This document shows, piece by piece, positions 61,151 to 64,000 of a stretch of DNA of 64,000 nt. Numbering within the stretch: the first letter of the stretch is position 1; every line of letters begins with the position of its first letter. Under the pieces are notes generated by a model. It ran no database searches, had not been told where the DNA came from, and saw only the letters and a program-made list of their open reading frames with translations. The DNA lies in contig NC_058373.1 in NCBI RefSeq assembly GCF_018350175.1, forward strand, positions 114,144,001 to 114,208,000. The letters run 5' to 3'. This DNA is from Felis catus. Its lineage: Eukaryota. A program made the translations under genes and the position numbers.

Positions 61151-62215
61151 AGAGGGAATGTTGGGTGTGCCTGCTGCTTTGTAGGACTTCAAGCTGGCTC
61201 ATTTCCATCAGGCAAACTCCTGAAAAACACACTGACCTTCCTGATTCTGTGATGTGTGTTTGGCATCAAACACGTTGCTCCCCACACAACATAATGTGGC
61301 TATCACTGTTAGAACTCACTGTTAATCACAGTGAAAGCAAAGAAAGCAAAAATGAATAATTTCTCTCCATGGATAGTGTGACATGGCAGCATTCACAGAG
61401 ATTTGCAGAATCTACAAGTTCAACCTCATGCACAACCTGCTACACAACTAGTTAAAAATAAACAAACAAAGCTTCATATCTGAGCCCCAGGTCCTGAATC
61501 TCTTTCCAAAAAAAAAAAAAAAAAAAAAAAAGAATATCAATTTCATAGGGAAAAGGCCTTGAAGTGACTCCTTCCAGGACTGAGTTGGAAGGTGTGGATC
61601 ACAGGATCACGACGACCAAAATTCAGAAAGGAGTTTAGGAAAGGTGGTCTGGATTTACACATCGTGCCCCAAACCATGTGCCTTCCAACACATGGCAGAT
61701 CCAGGGGAGATAAGAGAAAGGAGAGGCGAGTGCACTTGAGGGACATCTAATAGGTTTGTGTTCTGCCCTTCCTAGCTTTTGGAAGTAGTGAGGTATTCAG
61801 TGATCTGGGTTGTAAGGTTGCTTCCCTCCAGTGAGATCACCACCATTTCCCTTTGCACACATGGCCTTCCTCAACCTTGAAAGTTCAAGGGTCTGAAAAC
61901 AAGTCACTTTGGAGCCTCTCATGTGAAGAACTAGCCCCTGTTCTTTGTCCAGCTACTTCCAAATTGCCAAGCTCCCTCGTTGCCCCTTGCTGGTTACCAC
62001 TCACAGAGATGTAGGCTCCCACCAGAAGAGGCTGGAGGAGGGACCTCTTAACTTGGCACTTGAGCTTCTCAGACAGTGAACCAAAGCAGCTCAGAGGTCT
62101 TTCATTCCTAGAGGACAAAGACTTAAGCAGGTCCACTAGATCAAAGGCATAGCACCATCCTGGCCTTCATTTTGATAGAGTTCTGGGAGATACACTGCAG
62201 CTTTGTGTTTGGGGG

Positions 62216-62401
62216 TAGCATTGCCAGATTTTGCAAATAGAGAGCACAATTTATGTTTGAATTTCAGATAAACCGTGAATTTTTTTTTAGTGTAAGTATG
62301 TTCCATAAAATATTTGGGACACACTTATGCTGAGAAATTATTCCTTGTTTGTCTGAAATCCCAGTTGCATTGGGTTTTATGTATTTTATCCGGCAATGCT
62401 A
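62216..62401. mobile_element. MER53 palindromic hAT MITE
   Basis: Perfect 10-bp TIR TAGCATTGCC / GGCAATGCTA; internal TTTGAATTTCAGATAAAC and TTGTTTGTCTGAAAT. Confidence 0.9.
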
Positions 62402-62742
62402 TTTGCATGATTTCTAAATACATCAGCAACTCCCAAATCACCTAGATAGAACTGGGCTTGCTGTGTGGGGCACAAATTCCTGTTCCCCACAGATGTCCTT
62501 TCCATATGGGCTGGTCGAGCCCACTGCCAGAGCACCCCAGAAAAGAAAACTCAAGGGAGCAAATGCTCATGGCTGCTACAGGTGGCACATGCCTCCACAG
62601 TCAAGGGCACAGAGATCTGCAAAGAGCCTTTTCAAGACCATCTGCCCAGGAAGAGAGGGCAGAAGAGGTCTGGGAGTGGTAGCAACAGGGATTGGAGACT
62701 GGGGAGAAGGAAAGGGCCCAGCAGGGCAAGCATGGAGATTTA

Positions 62743-62939
62743 TTTTTTTTTAATTAAAAAAAATTTATTTATTTTTGAGTGTGTGTGGGGGTGGGGAGGG
62801 GCTAGAGGGAGACAGAAGATCCAAAGCGGGCTCTGCACTGACAACAGAGAGCCTGATGCAGGGCTCAAACTCACGAACCGTGAGATCATGATCTGAGCCG
62901 AAGTCAGACACTTAACCAACTGAGCCACCCAGGTACCTC
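62743..62939 (-). mobile_element. Can-SINE
   Basis: T-rich tail, head ending TGAGCCACCCAGGTACCTC; TSD AGCATGGAG(A/C)TTTA at 62729-62742 and 62942-62955. Confidence 0.93.
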
Positions 62940-63289
62940 ATAGCATGGAGCTTTAAAGGGGGCTTTTGATATGTACCATCCCAGGAGGCACTGATTTCCT
63001 CCAGAGCAGCCACTTAAGCTACCCTTCTGAGGCCTCTGCTGGCTCCCACTGTCCCAAGACAAAACAGGGCCTGGTCTCCAGGATCCTCTCATTTCCCCTT
63101 TTGATATATCCCCTCTTCTTCCTCAGTTTCAGTCTTCTGGAAGACAGTGAACACGGACACCTTATGGGCAGCCCTGGACATGATGGAGGCCATGTCAGGG
63201 AGGCCTCACGACTTGGCACCATATCTTCACCTCCTACTCAAAGACCAGCTATGGTCTGGCTGGGGTGTAGTTATTAGCACATGTTAGTC

Positions 63290-63460
63290 TTATAGGATTC
63301 AAACCCCATCCCTGCCTTGTTTTAGCTGTGAGACTTTGGAATACTTAGCACTCTGCCCCACGGTTTCCTCATCGGCAAATGGAGACTCTTGTCAGGACGA
63401 AATGAGTTAATACATGGGAAGCACTTAAAACAGTGACCAGCATGGAGAAAACCCTGCTAT
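63290..63460 (+). mobile_element. MIR
   Basis: AGCTGTGAGACTTTGG, GTTTCCTCATCGGCAAATGGAG, AAATGAGTTAATACATGGGAAGCACTTAAAACAGTG. Confidence 0.75.
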
Positions 63461-64000
63461 ATGTGTGGGTTGTTTCCTGCCCCTGCAGCTCCACTGGACA
63501 ACCCCCTCAGTCACCTCAGTGACTTAGTTCTCATCCTCTTGAGCCCTCTGCCATCCCAGACACATGCCTTCCACTGCCTTCCCTCACAGCATTCATGAGG
63601 CCATGCCTTCTCATGGTTTCCATGATGCTATGCTCTTCCACATTTCTTCTCCCCTCTTTGACATCGCTGCTTCCTTCTCACTATCATTCCCGTCTCTTGG
63701 TGCCTTCCAACTAGGCCCATTTCTTGAAGGTTCTTTCTAGGCATGGCTCTGTTCTCCACTCTGTATCCTTTTCCCTTGGAAATCTCAGGTAGCAGACAGG
63801 AAGGCCATGAGGGTCTAGACTTGGATATACTCAGACTATGTCTATGAGGGACACAAGCGAGTGTATCTAAGTGGTCACCTCTGGAAAAGGGCAGCTGGGG
63901 CTCAGAAGCTTCTGCTTTTCATTTTCTACCCTTTTGTAGGGTATGTGATCTTTCCCATGAGCATTAATCATTTCTATACTAGTAATTGCAATGACAATGT

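Noticed and set aside
61508..61531. Poly-A run as a retroposon tail (also 29268-29285 and 23500-23528)
   Set aside because: No flanking TSD or appropriately placed element body found; treated as simple mononucleotide runs.
1..64000. CRISPR array, rRNA/tRNA genes, NUMT or prokaryotic operon
   Set aside because: No regularly spaced repeat-spacer array or such homology seen; the tRNA-like A/B boxes all belong to Can-SINE heads.

Overview
Non-coding mammalian DNA, almost certainly from a felid (inferred from young SINEC_Fc-type Can-SINEs and a carnivore L1 3' end). I find no supportable protein-coding gene, RNA gene, or prokaryotic-type system. The listed ORFs are chance frames or translations of repeats; three carry fossil transposon motifs (hAT dimerisation domain, L1 RT, L2 ORF2). 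The window holds 13 Can-SINEs, old L1/L2/L3/MIR pieces, MaLR and ERV1 solo LTRs, and hAT/Tigger DNA-transposon fossils, separated by repeat-poor stretches that look regulatory. The most interesting items are: (1) a 171-bp poly(A)-tailed insertion of unrecognised sequence at 59619-59789 with a 14-bp TSD, probably an orphan retrocopy or transduction; (2) a MER53 hairpin that keeps a miR-1302-like arm; (3) a Charlie1 element carrying four nested insertions; (4) a fold-back AT-rich minisatellite. Repeat family names come from my recall of consensus sequences and need RepeatMasker/Dfam confirmation. I do not see evidence for a novel biological system.
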